From Eledone cirrhosa (taxonomy: Eukaryota), in NCBI GenBank assembly GCA_964016885.1, contig OZ024745.1, forward strand, positions 22,878,001-22,942,000: a stretch of 64,000 bases of DNA, given 5' to 3'. Shown here piece by piece: positions 49,223 through 64,000 of this stretch. Under the pieces are notes generated by a model, which was given only the letters and a program-made list of their open reading frames with translations, was not told where the DNA came from and made no database searches. The stretch's first letter is position 1; every line of letters starts with the position of its first letter. A program made the position numbers and the translations under genes.

Positions 49223-49640
49223 TTTCTAGTATTTGGTTGGTTTACAATGTGGAATGTAGTAACTTAATTATGAGGTTGTTGACTTCTGGTGTTTGAAATA
49301 GGTGCCCTACATTTGACGTTTTAAGCTGTACAATTACTTAGTTATCACTAATTAGTCCTTACTAACAGAACAAAGTACGTTTCAGTTCATTATTCGGCAG
49401 AGTACTTTTTAGTGGGGACTAGGGGAAGGTCTGTATCTATAATATATTTTAATCACGTTAGGTGTGTGTGTGTGTGTGTGAGTGTAAGTATATATGCACG
49501 CACACACATATATATATATAAATATATATATATATACATATATATATATGTGTGTGTTTGTATGTGTGTTTGTATGTGTGTATGCGAGTGAAAGTATATA
49601 TGCAAACACAGACTTACATATGTGTGTGTGTACTTATAAA

Positions 49641-49673
<33 letters not shown>

Positions 49674-49726
49674 TATATATGTGTGTGTGTGTGTGTACTT
49701 ATAAATATATACATATATATACACAT

Positions 49727-49782
<56 letters not shown>

Positions 49783-49899
49783 GTGTGTGAATCTGTGTGT
49801 GTATGTGTGTGTGTGCGAGTGTATGTATATATGCACACGCACACACACAGACTTACATATGTGTGTGTGTGTGTGTGTACTTATAAATATATATATATG

Positions 49900-50238
49900 C
49901 AAAAGTTCTATTTAAAATTATTGGGATACAACAAGTAAATCTTTTTATAACTGATATAAAGCACCCGACAAGTATTTGGAGTAGATATACGATATTAATA
50001 AATGGAAACTATATTTATAAAACCATATTTATTTCATTATACATATTTCAGGGATACCAAATTAAATTATGGTATGCCTTCATCAGATAAAATACAATAT
50101 ATAACAGTTTTACAAATAAGCTTTGACGTACCCTTTTAAAATGCAACCATTATTTTTGGAAGCCATCCGGATAGTGACTAAATATGTATAATGAAATAAA
50201 TATGGTTTTATAAATATAGTTTCCATTTATTAATATCG

Positions 50239-50240
<2 letters not shown>
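49900..50240. mobile_element. Fold-back mini-copy of the Naiad 3' end with hammerhead (50030-50094, minus)
   Basis: 49987-50047 is inverted to 50181-50240. The left arm carries the extra tail. Confidence 0.85.
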
Positions 50241-50272
<32 letters not shown>

Positions 50273-50735
50273 TACACACACACATATATATATATAAACA
50301 TATATATGTGTGTGTGTGCGTGTGTGCGTGTGCGTGTGCGTGTGTTTTTATATATATGTGTGTGTGTGTGTGTGTATGTGTATGCGTGTTATATGTGTGT
50401 GTGTGTGCGTGGGTGTGTGTGTATGTATGTATATAAAGTCTAAACAGAAATAACAAAGCAAACGACACAGTAATTGAAATTTGGATGTGGAGGTTGTCAT
50501 GGATGGATCTACGAGGAGCTGCAATGTGGAGGTTGTCATGGATGGATCTAGCCGGAGTTGCACAAGCCTACTTATCTCCAACTACATTACCAGTAACAAG
50601 TGCCAACTTCGTGGAGAACAATTTTGCCGCCAAAACCTGATATTTGTGTTCAGCAGAGTTATAAATCTGAAACTCGTTATTAAACCCCCCACTTACGCCG
50701 ATTCTTACATACGCTAAAATCAACGTTTCGCAATA

Positions 50736-51938
50736 CTGTAAGTTCTCAACTTACGAACAAGTTACATCCCAAAAGGGCGTTCGTTAGTTGATTTGTTCGT
50801 AAGTTGGTCGTCTAACACAGTACGTACCAGTAAGCCCATATATGGTACATTGATACTGAGTGATATATATACAGTAGGTAGAGGTATATAAAACATGTAA
50901 TATAGAGGTATATATAACATGTAATATAGAGGTATATATACAGTATATAGAGATATATATACAGTATATAGAGGTATATATAACATGTAATATAGAGATA
51001 TATATAACAGTATATAGAGGTATATTTAACATGTAATATAGAGGTATATATAATCTAAACTATAATAAAGTAAGGAGCGCGGAACTGCGTACGGTTTATA
51101 ATGTTTTATCCCCTTAGTAAAATAAGTTGGATTGCTTTGAATAAATAATGAATGAATATTACATAATTTATCTACTAAATTTCGTGGCTGTTGATTAAAT
51201 ATATTTTGTTTATTTAAAGATACACTTTAAAATTCCTGAAATGTCAACACTTCCGGTTGGCCATCGCTTAAATAAACATACGCTTAAATAAACTTTCTGT
51301 CACTAATTTTCTCCTAATGCAGTTTATTTATAATATCGTCTTTTATTAATGTGTCATGGATTACGTTACTGATTAAAAAAGACTGTAACGCAGTTTTCGT
51401 TCAATTTCTATGTATTATATATTGTCAATTACGATTTTATTTTATGTATCATATCTACATGTATATATACCTGCGTATAATATCAATATACACACTACAC
51501 GTGTTAGCAGAAAACCACTCGAAGGGTGGTTTTTCTGCTAGTATGTAATAATGAATTTAAATACTGTGAAGCTAATGACAATAAATTGTTAAAGAAACAA
51601 GGGACTTTTTCAATTCTGCGAAAGCAGAATGATATCCCATAACTTAGGTACCATTTCGGCTTGTCTTTTATGCTGCAAAAGAAGAAACCCTTTTTTTATG
51701 CTGCAAAAGAAGAAACCCTTTTTTTATGCTGCAAAAGAAGAAACCCTTTTTTTATGCTGCAAAAAAGGAACCCTTTTTTTAGGCTGCAAAAGAAGAAACC
51801 CTTTTTTTTAGGCTGCAAAAGATGGAAGCAGGACTCGAATTTCAAACCAGGCAATTTTTTTAATTTTGTTTTTATTCGGGAGACTGTTCGTATCTGGGGA
51901 AGTTCGTAAGTAGAATGTTCGTAAGTTGGGGACTACTA
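50736..51938. mobile_element. Non-autonomous pogo/Tigger-like DNA transposon containing two minisatellites
   Basis: TA-CTGTAAGTTCTCAACTTACGAAC … GTTCGTAAGTTGGGGACTACTA-TA imperfect TIRs and repeated subterminal TTCGTAAG. Internal arrays at 50860-51052 and 51666-51822. Confidence 0.7.
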
Positions 51939-52351
51939 TATGGCTGATACACATACAAAATATAGCAGCCAAATCTCACTCAAATTATACTCTGCCGTTT
52001 TGAAAAAAGAGAGACAAGTTGTATAGATTATGCAACTCTCGAGAGAAAGACTGGATAATCATGTCAGGGACACTTTTGCTCTGTGAAGACAGACCTAGGG
52101 TTAAACAAGAACAACAATAAAATCATTATATACTACAACTAAGAACCAGACACAATCACAGTAATGTTGACAACAGGAAGAAAATACAAGAAAATCACAA
52201 CCACCAGAAGTATCGTTACCACCGCGGTAGTTCCATTTAACATTCATGTATATGACACACAGATACATATATATAAAGGCATACATACATAAATACATAT
52301 ATACACACACAAATATATATACACACACAAATATATATATATGTATATATA

Positions 52352-52559
52352 TATTTGTATTTTATCTGATGAAAGCGTACCAATGTGTTTTGGTACCCTT
52401 GAAATATATATAATAAAATAAATATGGTTTTATAAATATAGTTTCCATTTATTTAATATCATTGAATATTTACTCCAGTAAACTGTTGAGTGCTCTAAAT
52501 CAGTTATAAACATTTATATTTGTTGGACTTCCAACAAATTAAATACCCCTTCTACTTAT

Positions 52560-52560
<1 letters not shown>
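52352..52560 (+). mobile_element. PLE 3' terminus with well-formed hammerhead (52358-52420) and tail
   Basis: TATTTTAT-CTGATGA-AAGCGTACCA…TGGTACCCTT-GAAA-TATATATA-ATAAAATA. Confidence 0.82.
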
Positions 52561-52653
<93 letters not shown>

Positions 52654-52770
52654 TGTATATATATTTGTATATCTATATCTATATATGCATATGGATAGAT
52701 AGATATATATATAAACATACATGCACACACATATATATATTTATGTGTATATATACATATATATAGATAG

Positions 52771-52811
<41 letters not shown>

Positions 52812-52842
52812 TACATATATACATATTTATATATTATATATT

Positions 52843-52873
<31 letters not shown>

Positions 52874-53184
52874 TATTTATATATTTGTATATCTATATCT
52901 ATATATGCATATGGATATATATATATATATATTATATATATAAACATACATACACACACACTCACACACACATATATATTTATGTGTATATATACATATA
53001 TAGATAGATATATACATGTATATACATGTATATATATATATATATATACACACCAAGCTTCCTAACAATATGACTGTTCTCTGCCACACCCACTCCGGAT
53101 GTGATCAGTCTCGTCGGTCGCTTATATAAACCAGAGACACGGCTTTCTAAAATAAACAATGAGACTTTAACTAACATATCGGGG

Positions 53185-54331
53185 TGGGGGTTGTGATGGT
53201 GGTGGGGTGGGGGTGTTGTCGGTGGTCTTGTGGTGATTGTTATGATGGTGGTGGTGGTGTGGTGGTAGTGGTGATGGTGGTGTTAGTGGAGGTGGTTGTG
53301 GTGGTGGTGGTGGTGGTAGTAGTGGTGGTGGTAGTGGTGATGGTAGTGATGATCGTGGTACTGGTGGTGGCGGTGTGGTGGTGGCGATGTTAGTTGTGGT
53401 GCTGGTGCTGGTGGTAGTGGTGATGGTGGTGGTGGTGTGGTGGTGGTAGTGGTGGTAGTGGTAGTGGTGGTGGTGATGGTAGTGGGTATGAGGGTGATGG
53501 TAGTGGTGGTAGTTGTGGTGGTGGTGGTAGTGGTGGTAGTGGTAGTGGTGGTGATGATGGTAGTGGGTATGAGGGTGGTGGTAGTGGTGGTAGTGGTGGT
53601 AGTGGTGGTAGTGGTGATAGTGGTGGTGGTGGTGGTAGTGGTGATAGTGGTAGTGGTGGTGATGATGGTAGTGGTTATGAGGGTGGTGGTAGTGGTGGTA
53701 GTGGTGGTAGTGGTGGTAGTGGTGGTAGTGGTGATAGTGGTGGTGGTGGTGGTAGTGGTGATAGTGGTAGTGGTGGTGATGATGGTAGTGGTTATGAGGG
53801 TGGTGGTAGTGGTGGTAGTGGTGGTAGTGGTGGTAGTGGTGATGGTGGTGGTGGTGGTGGTAGTGGTGATAGTGGTAGTGGTGGTGATGATGGTAGTGGT
53901 TATGAGGGTGGTGGTAATGGTGGTAGTGGTGTTAGTGGTGGTGGTATATATACCGTCACTATATCTCTCTCTATATATAGAGAGAGAATTCACAAGAATC
54001 AAAGCTAAGTTCAAAGCATTTATTCACTTACAATTGTTTGATCAATATATATATATGTATCTGTATGTCTCCTGCGTTGGATAGGAGGTCAATTATGTGT
54101 ACAACCATTGAAAAATGCTCCGAAGACTCCAAGCCTAGGTTTGGATGAAACAATTGTAAGTGAATAAATGCTTTGAACATAGCTTTGATTCTTGTGAATT
54201 CTATATAACTGCTCTGTATAACAACTGATGTTATTACATTGAGCTATTTATCTTACTGGTAATAAGGTAGTAATAAATTACTGACCTTCCCTGTTTATGG
54301 TTTAAAATATACATAACTATAAATAGTATCC

Positions 54332-54384
<53 letters not shown>

Positions 54385-55165
54385 GGTGGTAGTGGTGGTA
54401 GTGGTAGTGGTGGTAGTGGTGGTGGTGGTGGTAGTGGTAGTGGTAGTGGTGGTGGTGGTGATGGTGTTAGTAGTGGTGGTGGTGGTAGTGGTAGTGGTAG
54501 TGGTGGTGATGGTGTTAGTAGTGGTGGTGGTAGTGGTGGTGGTTGTGGTGGTCGTGGTGGTAGTGGTGGTAGTGGTGGTGGTGGTGGTGGTGGTGGTGGT
54601 GGTGGTGGTGGTGGTGGTGGTAGTGGTGGTAGTGGTAGTGGTAGTGGTAGTGATGATGGTAGTGGGTATGAGGGTGGTGGTAATGATAGTAGTGGTGGTA
54701 GTGGTGGTGGTAGTGGTGGTGGTGGTGGTAGTAGCGGTGGTGGTAGTGGTGGTAGTGGTAGTGGTGGTGGTGGTGTGTATGAGGGTGGTGGTAATGGTGG
54801 TAGTGGTGGTGGTGGTGGTGGTGGTAGTAGTGGTGGTGGTAGTGGTGGTAGTGGTGATGGCGGTGGTGATGGTAGTGGTTATGAGGGTGGTGGTAGTGGT
54901 GGTAGTGGTGGTAGTGGTAGTGGTGGTGGTGGGTATGAGGGTGGTGATAATGGTGGTAGTAGTGGTGGTGGTAGTGGTGGTAGTGGTGGTGGTGGTGGTA
55001 GTGGTAGTGGTGGTACTGGTGGTGGTGGTGCTGGTTGTGGTAGTGGTGATAGTGGTGGTAGTGGTGGTAGTGGTGGTAGTAGCGGTGGTGGTAGTGTTGG
55101 TGGTGGTGGTGGTAGTAATGGTGGTGGTGGTGGTGGTGGTGGTGGTGGTGGTGGTAGTGGTGATG
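53185..55165. repeat. (GGT/AGT)n low-complexity tracts (53185-53945, 54385-55165)
   Basis: Direct inspection; interrupted by the 53985-54340 element. Confidence 0.95.
53985..54340. mobile_element. Fold-back PLE-terminus mini-element with CCGA-core hammerhead (54116-54162)
   Basis: 53985-54039 is inverted to 54148-54202. TGCT-CCGAAGA-C-TCCAAGC(CTAG)GTTTGGA-T-GAAA-CAATTGTA-AGTG. Confidence 0.75.
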
Positions 55166-56102
55166 ATTACGGAACTGGGATGGAAGAGGTCATCTTGTAG
55201 TAGACTAAAGTCGGTTAAGCAGTCATTCACTATTACTTACAAACACACACATAAACACATACACATACACACACATACACATACATACACATACACACAT
55301 GTATATATATATAGAAACAAATATACATATATGTGTGTGTGTATGTCGGTTAATCAGTTATTTTTACTATTACTTACTCACACACACGCACAGTCACTCA
55401 CATACATTCCCACGCAGACACATATACACCTATACACCGACCAACCCACACACATATACATATTCATATACACACACATACATACCCCGCACTCTCAAGC
55501 TTGAACCTAATACCAACACTGTTCGTACTGCACTCTTTCTTATTGTTTTTTTTTGTTATTTACTACTTTATATGTATATATATATATATATACCGTCACT
55601 ATATATATATATATATCTTTCTCTCTTACTGCTCCCCCGTTCTCTCTGTTTCTCTTACCTTCTTTCGCCCCCTCTGTCAGTTACACTTTCTCTTGACTGA
55701 CCTCTTTCTCGCACTTCCACTCACTCACTCTCTGTTTCTCCACTTCTCACTTCCTCCCGTTCGCTAGTAGTGGGGTTCCTTCTTTCTCACACCGCATTCA
55801 CGGCGTACGGTCTGCTTCTCTGACCGCTCATGAAATTCACCCAGCTTATGCTGATCGGATAACTATCATGTTGCTTGCTGTTTTTCCAACCTTCGGTTTG
55901 CTTTTCCTTCTGTTGTTTACTTGTCTCACTCGCTTTACGCGTTTCACTTGTCCCAATAGCTTATTTTAGTTATTGCTCGCACCAACCTGAGGTATCTGAT
56001 TTTTAATGCGATGAAATACCAATGATGGTTGGCAAATCACTGATGAGGGACTAATTTTATAATATGTAATCCATGTGCAACCATGCAGTATTCTTCTCCC
56101 CT

Positions 56103-56144
<42 letters not shown>

Positions 56145-56745
56145 GAGTGGAACAAGCAAACATTAAACAATCTTTTAAATAAATTAAAATACGATTTAAA
56201 TATTCACCTCTTCTAATGCTGTGACCGACGGTTTCGCTTATCAAAAGATTGGAAATTCAGAGAATTTCCAATGGAAAGAATCATCTCTTCAGGCAGCTAT
56301 TTCCAAAACCACGAGGCATAAAGCCTTGTAGTAGTAGATATATCGCTTTTTGCCCGGTGTATGAGATCAAACCGTTAAAATGACCCACTCATAAATAGGC
56401 CGTAAGAAAAAGCGGGAATTATAGACTTGTTGATATTTCATGTTACTAGAAATAGCAGCACGATACAACATTTTTTTTCTCTACATTGAAGGAGAATACA
56501 AATAAATGATATAGATATTCCAGTAGGTACTAAGTACCCACGGAAATATACATGGTGTCTATGGTGCCCAAAACTGCATTGATATACAGCGGAGGTTTTG
56601 GCAAAGACAACCTCACATTGACAACTACGGTTTAATCGGAAATCTCAAGTTGTTCTATTATTACACCTATCTATCTATCTATCTATCTATGCATCTATTT
56701 ATTTATCTATCTATTTGTCTGTATATTTGTCCATCTATCTATCTA

Positions 56746-56856
56746 TCCTCCCCACTATTGGGGATATCGATTGTTAAATTTATTTGTTTTAATAATATTT
56801 TTACACGACTGTATGTAAAATCCCCGGCATATGTCCTTGTGGCAAATAAAGAAATC
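56746..56856 (+). mobile_element. Tx1 3'-end fragment in degenerate (TCTA)n
   Basis: TATGTAAAATCCCC…TGTCC…GTGGCAAATAAAGAAATCTATC resembles the ends of both Tx1 copies. Confidence 0.7.
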
Positions 56857-57152
56857 TATCTCTCTTTCTTTCTTTCTATCTATCCATCTATCTCTCTATC
56901 TATTCGGATGTCTTTCATGACATTCTACTTTCCACACCCATGTTCATTCTCTCTCCAACATCATTTATTTTATCTCTTCTCCTTCATACAGTCATTATCT
57001 CCCCTTTTTCCACGACTTTTCTCCCTTCTCTTCACGCTGTGAGTTTCCTCTGTGTATTCCTGCGTTCGGCTGACTGCATGACTTTCCATGTAGATTTCTG
57101 ACATCACGTGTCTGAGTTTCTGTCAGGATGTCAATATATATATATATACATG

Positions 57153-57241
<89 letters not shown>

Positions 57242-57577
57242 TGTGTATATATATATATGAATGTATGTATGTATGTAAAATGAATATATACGTACGTACA
57301 TGTGTAGTTGCATACCTACATGCATACATACATACATACTTGCATACATACATACAAACCTACATACATTTATACATATATACATACATGCATACATAAA
57401 TACATACTACATACATACATACATACATACATGCATACAAGCCTACATACATACACACGCACACATACATACATATATTCATGCATACATACATACATAC
57501 AAGCCTACATATATACATATATACATATATACATACATGCATTCATACATACATATATTCATACATATATTCATACA

Positions 57578-58055
57578 TACTAAGGAATACTGATGGAACC
57601 TAAAAATAAAAACTGCCACTAAATTAAAGCACAACCGGCCTGATATTGTTGTTTGGGACCACACATTGAAAACGTGTTCTGTTGTGGAGATAAGCTGCCC
57701 ACTTGATTTAAACGTTGTCAGAAAAATACAGGAGAAGGAGGACATCTACGGACCATTGATGAGGAATTTACAAATCCAGTATCCAAGATACACCTTCAGC
57801 TTCATACCCATCCTTATTGGAGCTACGGGTTATATACCAACCCGCTTGAACCAAAGTATGACTGAACTTGGATTTGCGGACAAAGAGCGCAGCTCCCTAA
57901 TTCTTAGTCTACAAATGGCTACGATAGCTGGCACCTTCAAAATTTGCAAAATATTCTTGCGATTCAAGGGATGACAATTTCTTTTCTTTTACAACCTTGC
58001 CACCAGGAAGGTGGCCGGTCAAAAAAATATACTCGAAATTAAGAGAAAGAGATAA
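57578..58055 (+). mobile_element. 5'-truncated copy of the R4/Dong-like element (RLE domain + 3' UTR) in (TACA)n
   Basis: Near-identical to 41118-41594. Confidence 0.95.
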
Positions 58056-58561
58056 CATACATACATACATACATACATACATACATACATACATACATAC
58101 ATACATGCATACAAGCCTACATACATACACACGCACACATACATACATACATACATATATTCATGCATGCATGCATACATACATACAAGCCTACATATAT
58201 ACATATATACATACATGCATTCATACATACATATATTCATACATACATTCATACATACATACATACATGCATACATACATGCATACATACATACATGCAT
58301 GCATGCATGCATACATGCATGCAAAAACGAGCGGATACACGTTAATGCCTGCAAACGTGAGAAAAAGTCGACTAAAAGCGAGATGTTGAATAGTATAAAA
58401 TATAATTGAAGGTGAAACTTTACTAGTGCGGCACTCAGTTTCGCCTTTTGGCCATAGCTAACTTGTAAAATGGTGGTTGTGGGGATTCACATTCAATTAA
58501 ATTTCATATATCTATGTAGTCTATCTCATGATATATATGTCTGTCTGTCTATCTATCTAAC

Positions 58562-58595
<34 letters not shown>

Positions 58596-58604
58596 GCTCT
58601 CTGT

Positions 58605-58669
<65 letters not shown>

Positions 58670-59227
58670 TAACATTATTTATCCTTATCGAGCCCTCTTT
58701 GGATTTTAGTCTTCACATTTATTATTAGGGGGTCGTCCTGGCACACAGCGTCTCTTGTGCTATTTAAACCTAGAGGGCCCATCCTTTTCTAATTGGTTAG
58801 AGCGGGTACTACTTGGAACAGGAAAAACTCATCCATAAAGTTTTTTAAATGACCTTGCTTTGTTTGATGTTAAGAAGCAAATAGCTGGTTTCAAAGTATA
58901 CATAAATAGATAAAGATTTACAGAGAATAGCAATATACTATACAATAGGGTTTATTTCAGGCATTTACATATGTTTCATTGAAATGTTAGGAAACCTTTC
59001 TGGAAATCGCTAATCACAATAATCTATCAAACTCAAATACGGTGAAAGATATTTTTAGCATCAAATTAACAAAACCGTCCTCGGTAAGCATAGCTTTGTA
59101 CCTAGAAAGATTTCCAACGAGGCACAAGTTTAAGGAAGGTTTATTTATGGAAGACCAGCAGTCGCTCATGCATACCAGTCTTCCAAGAGAAAGAACTATA
59201 GCCGATACAGCTTGGCACCAGTGATAT

Positions 59228-59330
59228 CGCAACTCATTTCTACAGCTGAGTGATCTAAAGTGACGTGAAATAAAGTGTCTTGCTCAAGAACGCAACGCAT
59301 CACCCAGTCCAAGAATCGGGATCATGAATT
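59228..59330 (-). mobile_element. SINE family B fragment
   Basis: ACTCATTTCTACAGCTGAG…TAAAGTGTCTTGCTCAAGAA. Confidence 0.7.
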
Positions 59331-59539
59331 TTTTCATATTACCCACTTTACTTCTCCAAGTATCGAGTACTCTAGTGAGTAATGGTCAAACTGCTTTTCA
59401 CCACCACCATCTTATATATATATATATATATATATAAATATATGTAGGAACGAGTAGGACCCCGACGGCTGAGCTCAAGCCGTTTCGACAGCTAATTCTG
59501 GACTAATTCCTTCGTTAAATATATATATATATATATATA

Positions 59540-59989
<450 letters not shown>

Positions 59990-60151
59990 CCAGGGAATGT
60001 AACGTGGAGTTACTGTAGGTTCGCGCGGGTGACCACTAAAAGATGTCTGGCGATTCGTGGATTACAGAGTCGGGCTAGATCGATACAGATCGAACCTTGA
60101 GCTGATCAGTGGCGAAACGCACGTCACCAACCAATAAACGTGATGAAGGAG

Positions 60152-60245
60152 TAACTTTGCCTTTCATCCTTACGGGGTCGATAAAATAAAGTACCAGTAA
60201 TGAACTGGATATTTGTTGGCCTTGTGCCAAAAATAGAAACAATTA
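60152..60245 (+). mobile_element. SINE family A 3' fragment
   Basis: Core and tail. Confidence 0.8.
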
Positions 60246-60891
60246 TATATATATATATATATATATGATACTCGATTATTCTACTATATTTAGCTCTAGA
60301 CCTAGCTATTGACCAGTTAATTTTATTGTTCATTTTTTGTCGATTCTATTAAATGATGAATAGCTCCTGTTTATTTTAACATGTCTATTGAGCACTCTTA
60401 TTCGATATGTGTATTTCCACATTTTCCCGAATATTTTTCGCGGATAAAGAGGTTATCTCCCTTGCCGAATTCCATGTGCGTATTTAGCCTGGGTTATGCC
60501 TTTTCATTCGTTTGGACAAAGCTCGTTGAGGAAGTAAATTTCCTGTCCGCTGGTATCTAGAAGTCTTATATATTTTTATGTGAGCTGATAGAGAACAGTT
60601 TAAGGATTTACAGAAACCCAAGAAGCTAGATTTAACATCTTTCTAGCGGGTCCGGGTATGCTTTTTGCATTCATTTGATTTATTGATTTATTGATTTTTT
60701 ATCTGAGTGTCCCGAATCTTCCAGATCGCAACTTTTCAATCGTACGGTTGATTATAGACTTGTTCTATGTGTGACGGTATTTTAACGATAGTTATAGCTC
60801 TGATTTATCTAAATTATGGAGCCCTCTGCCGCTCATATCGAATTTTGTTTATCGTGAACTCGTGCGCCGATTTTTCGATACTCGATTATTC

Positions 60892-60959
<68 letters not shown>

Positions 60960-60963
<4 letters not shown>

Positions 60964-61332
60964 AAATGTTCAAGACCCCGACGACAGAGCTCAAGCCGTT
61001 TCGACAGCAATTTCTGGGTATTTCTGAGTCCAGAAATAGCCGTCGAAACGGCTTGAGCTCCACCGTCGGGGTCTTGAACATGTATATATATATATATATT
61101 TGTAGTAAGGTTGCTGGGATGCATCCATAGGCGGTATGCCAGTTGAGCACTCATATATATATATATATATATATATAACAAAGGAATTGTGGTAAGGAAC
61201 CAGATGGACCATAACGCACCAGAGTACTCAATACTTAGGGTAGTAGAGTGGGTAATAGGAAAACGTATGACCCCGATGGCAGAGCTCAAGCCGTTTCGAC
61301 GGCTATTTCCGTCGAAACGGCTTGAGCTCTGC

Positions 61333-61334
<2 letters not shown>
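60960..61334. mobile_element. Two half-hammerhead family mini-elements (60960-61081 palindrome; 61176-61334 tail + palindrome)
   Basis: Same arms as 27393-27597. Confidence 0.85.
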
Positions 61335-61363
<29 letters not shown>

Positions 61364-61442
61364 ACGAATAAATAAATAACCAGGGTTTAATTATATTATT
61401 TAATACACACACACACAGACAAATATATACATATATATATAC

Positions 61443-61503
<61 letters not shown>

Positions 61504-61526
61504 CATACCTATATATATATATATAT

Positions 61527-61654
<128 letters not shown>

Positions 61655-61839
61655 ATATGCATGTATTCCATTGTGTTAATCTATTTCTGTGCACCAATCT
61701 CTCTCTACATCTTTCTCTCATTTTTAACTTATGTCGCTTTCCCTCACTCCCGTCTCCTCCTACTCCTCCTCCTCTTCACTTTCTACTACCCTTCCACCCT
61801 TTCATACTTATCTTTTGCTGCTGCCCCACTCAATCAACA

Positions 61840-63665
61840 CCGCCCCCAACTACCACCACTATCACCACCACCACCACAATACCCCCACCACCACAATATC
61901 CCCACCACCACCACTATCACCACCACCACCACCACAATACCCCCACCCCCACCACTATCACCACCACCACCACAATACCCCCACCACCACAATATCTCCA
62001 CCACCACCACTATCACCACCACTACCACCACAATCACCACCACCACCACAATACCCCCACCACCACAATATCCCCACCACCACCACTATCACCACCACCA
62101 CCACCACGACAATACCCCCATCCCCACCACTATCACCACCACCACCACAATACCCCCACCACCACAATATCTCCACCACCACCACTATCACCACCACCAC
62201 CACAATACCCCCACCACCACAATATCTCCACCACCACCACTATCACCACCACCACCACCACAATCACCACCACCACCACAATACCCCCACCACCACAATA
62301 TCCCCACCACCACCACTATCACCACCACCACCACCACAATACCCCCACCCCCACCACCACCACCACAATACCCCCACTACCACCACAATACCCCCACCAC
62401 CACAATATCCCCATCACCAACCCTTATCACCACTGCCACCACTGCCACCACTACCACCAACACCACCACAATACCCCCAATACCCCACCAACCACCACTA
62501 CTTCCAAAATACTCCCACCCTCACTACCACCACCACCACCACCACTTCACAATATTACTAACACCACGCCCTCCCCACATTCACACTACCATCACTGTCT
62601 TCCACCACCACCACCACCACCACCATCACCACCACCTATACATTCCCCACCTTAACATACAATACACAGACTGTGACGTCGTTATAAAACACCCATTCAT
62701 ACGTGCCGCCGAGCTATCCAGCCCCACCATTACCCCACCGCTACCCCACCACTACCACACCGCTACCACCCCTACCCCACCACTACCCCACCACTACCCC
62801 ACCACTACCACACCGCTAGGCCACCACTACCACCCCTAACCCACCACTACCACACCACTACCCCACCATTACCCCACCACTACCCCACCACTACCACTTC
62901 TACCCCCACCGCTACCACCCCTACCCCACCACTACCAACCCTACCCCACCACTACCACACCACTACCACACCACTACCCCACCACTACCACCCATACCCC
63001 ACCATTACCCCACCGCTACCACCCCTACCTCACCACTACCCCACCACTACCACCATAACCAACCCTACCCCACCACGACCACACCACTACCACACCACTA
63101 CCCCACCACTACCCACCATACCCACCCCCTACCACCACTACCCCACCCCTACCACCCCTACCCCACCCCTGCCACCCCTACCCCACCCCTACCCCCAGTG
63201 TTACCCCACCACTACCACACCGCTTCCACCCCTACCCCACCACTACCACACCGCTACCACCACTACCCCACCACTACCCCACCGCTACCACCTCTACCCC
63301 ACCACTACCACACCACTACCCCACCGCTACCACCCCTACCCCACCACTACCCCACCGCTACCACCCCTACCCCACCACTACCACACCACTACCACACCAC
63401 TACCCCACCACTACCCACCCCTACCCCACCCCTACCCCACCCCTACCCCGCCCCTACCCCACCACTACCACGCCACTACCACACCACTACCCCACCACTA
63501 CCCCACCACTAACACACCACATAACACCACTACCCCACCACTACACCACCACTACCCCACCTCTACCTCACCACTACCACACCACTACCACAACACTACC
63601 CCACCACTACCACACCACTACCCCACCACTACCCACGGCTACCACCCCTACCCCACCACTAACAC
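61840..63665. repeat. (CCA)-rich low-complexity/minisatellite tract
   Basis: CACCACCACAATACCCC and ACTACCCCACC units. Confidence 0.95.
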
Positions 63666-64000
63666 CCCCTAGTCGGCTCGTAACAACATAGTCACCTCCC
63701 CCTATTACTACGGCTTATATACACGACACATACACACACATACACATATACACATACACTTATACACATATATACACATATACATATACACATACACATA
63801 TACACATACACTTATACACACATATACAGATACACTTATACACATATATACACATATACATATACACATACACATATACACATACACTTATACACATACA
63901 CTTATACACATATACGCATATACACATACACTCATACTCACATACACTTATACACATATACACATACACTTATACACATACACATACACACACACCTCCC

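Noticed and set aside
53283-55504. Mucin-like poly-Thr, poly-Val and Gly/Ser ORFs
   Set aside because: (GGT)n tracts are open in several frames on both strands, with no signal peptide or unique domain.
53951-55603. TACCGTCACTATA repeated at 53951 and 55591 as a target-site duplication
   Set aside because: The match is short and embedded in TA runs, and the enclosed sequence is not a coherent element.
58960-59092. Minus-strand hammerhead (CCGAGGA … GAAACATATGTA)
   Set aside because: Stems I and II could not be paired convincingly.

Overview
This is AT-rich, microsatellite-dense eukaryotic DNA. The SINE family and repeat landscape suggest an octopus or other cephalopod (inference). No host protein-coding gene can be supported, and almost all short ORFs in the track are simple-repeat artefacts. 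The window is a nest of mobile elements: a deleted Helitron; a decayed R4/Dong-like retrotransposon split by a palindromic MITE carrying a 55-bp tandem array; several Penelope-like elements (PLEs; two Naiad-type and a Neptune/Nematis-type family, one copy forming a 1.16-kb inverted repeat); two tandem Tx1/L1-clade LINEs embedded in (TCTA)n; an intact R4/Dong-like RLE retrotransposon embedded in (TACA)n; many tRNA-derived SINEs; and DNA-transposon MITEs. The most notable pattern is a set of short (TA)n-embedded PLE-terminus elements. They share an asymmetric fold-back architecture (two inverted arms, only one with the 3' tail) and carry type I hammerhead ribozyme motifs, including CCGA-core variants and a family retaining only the 3' half of a hammerhead. 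A TGA at a conserved Cys of a Naiad PLE may be a selenocysteine relic. All RNA folds were paired by eye.
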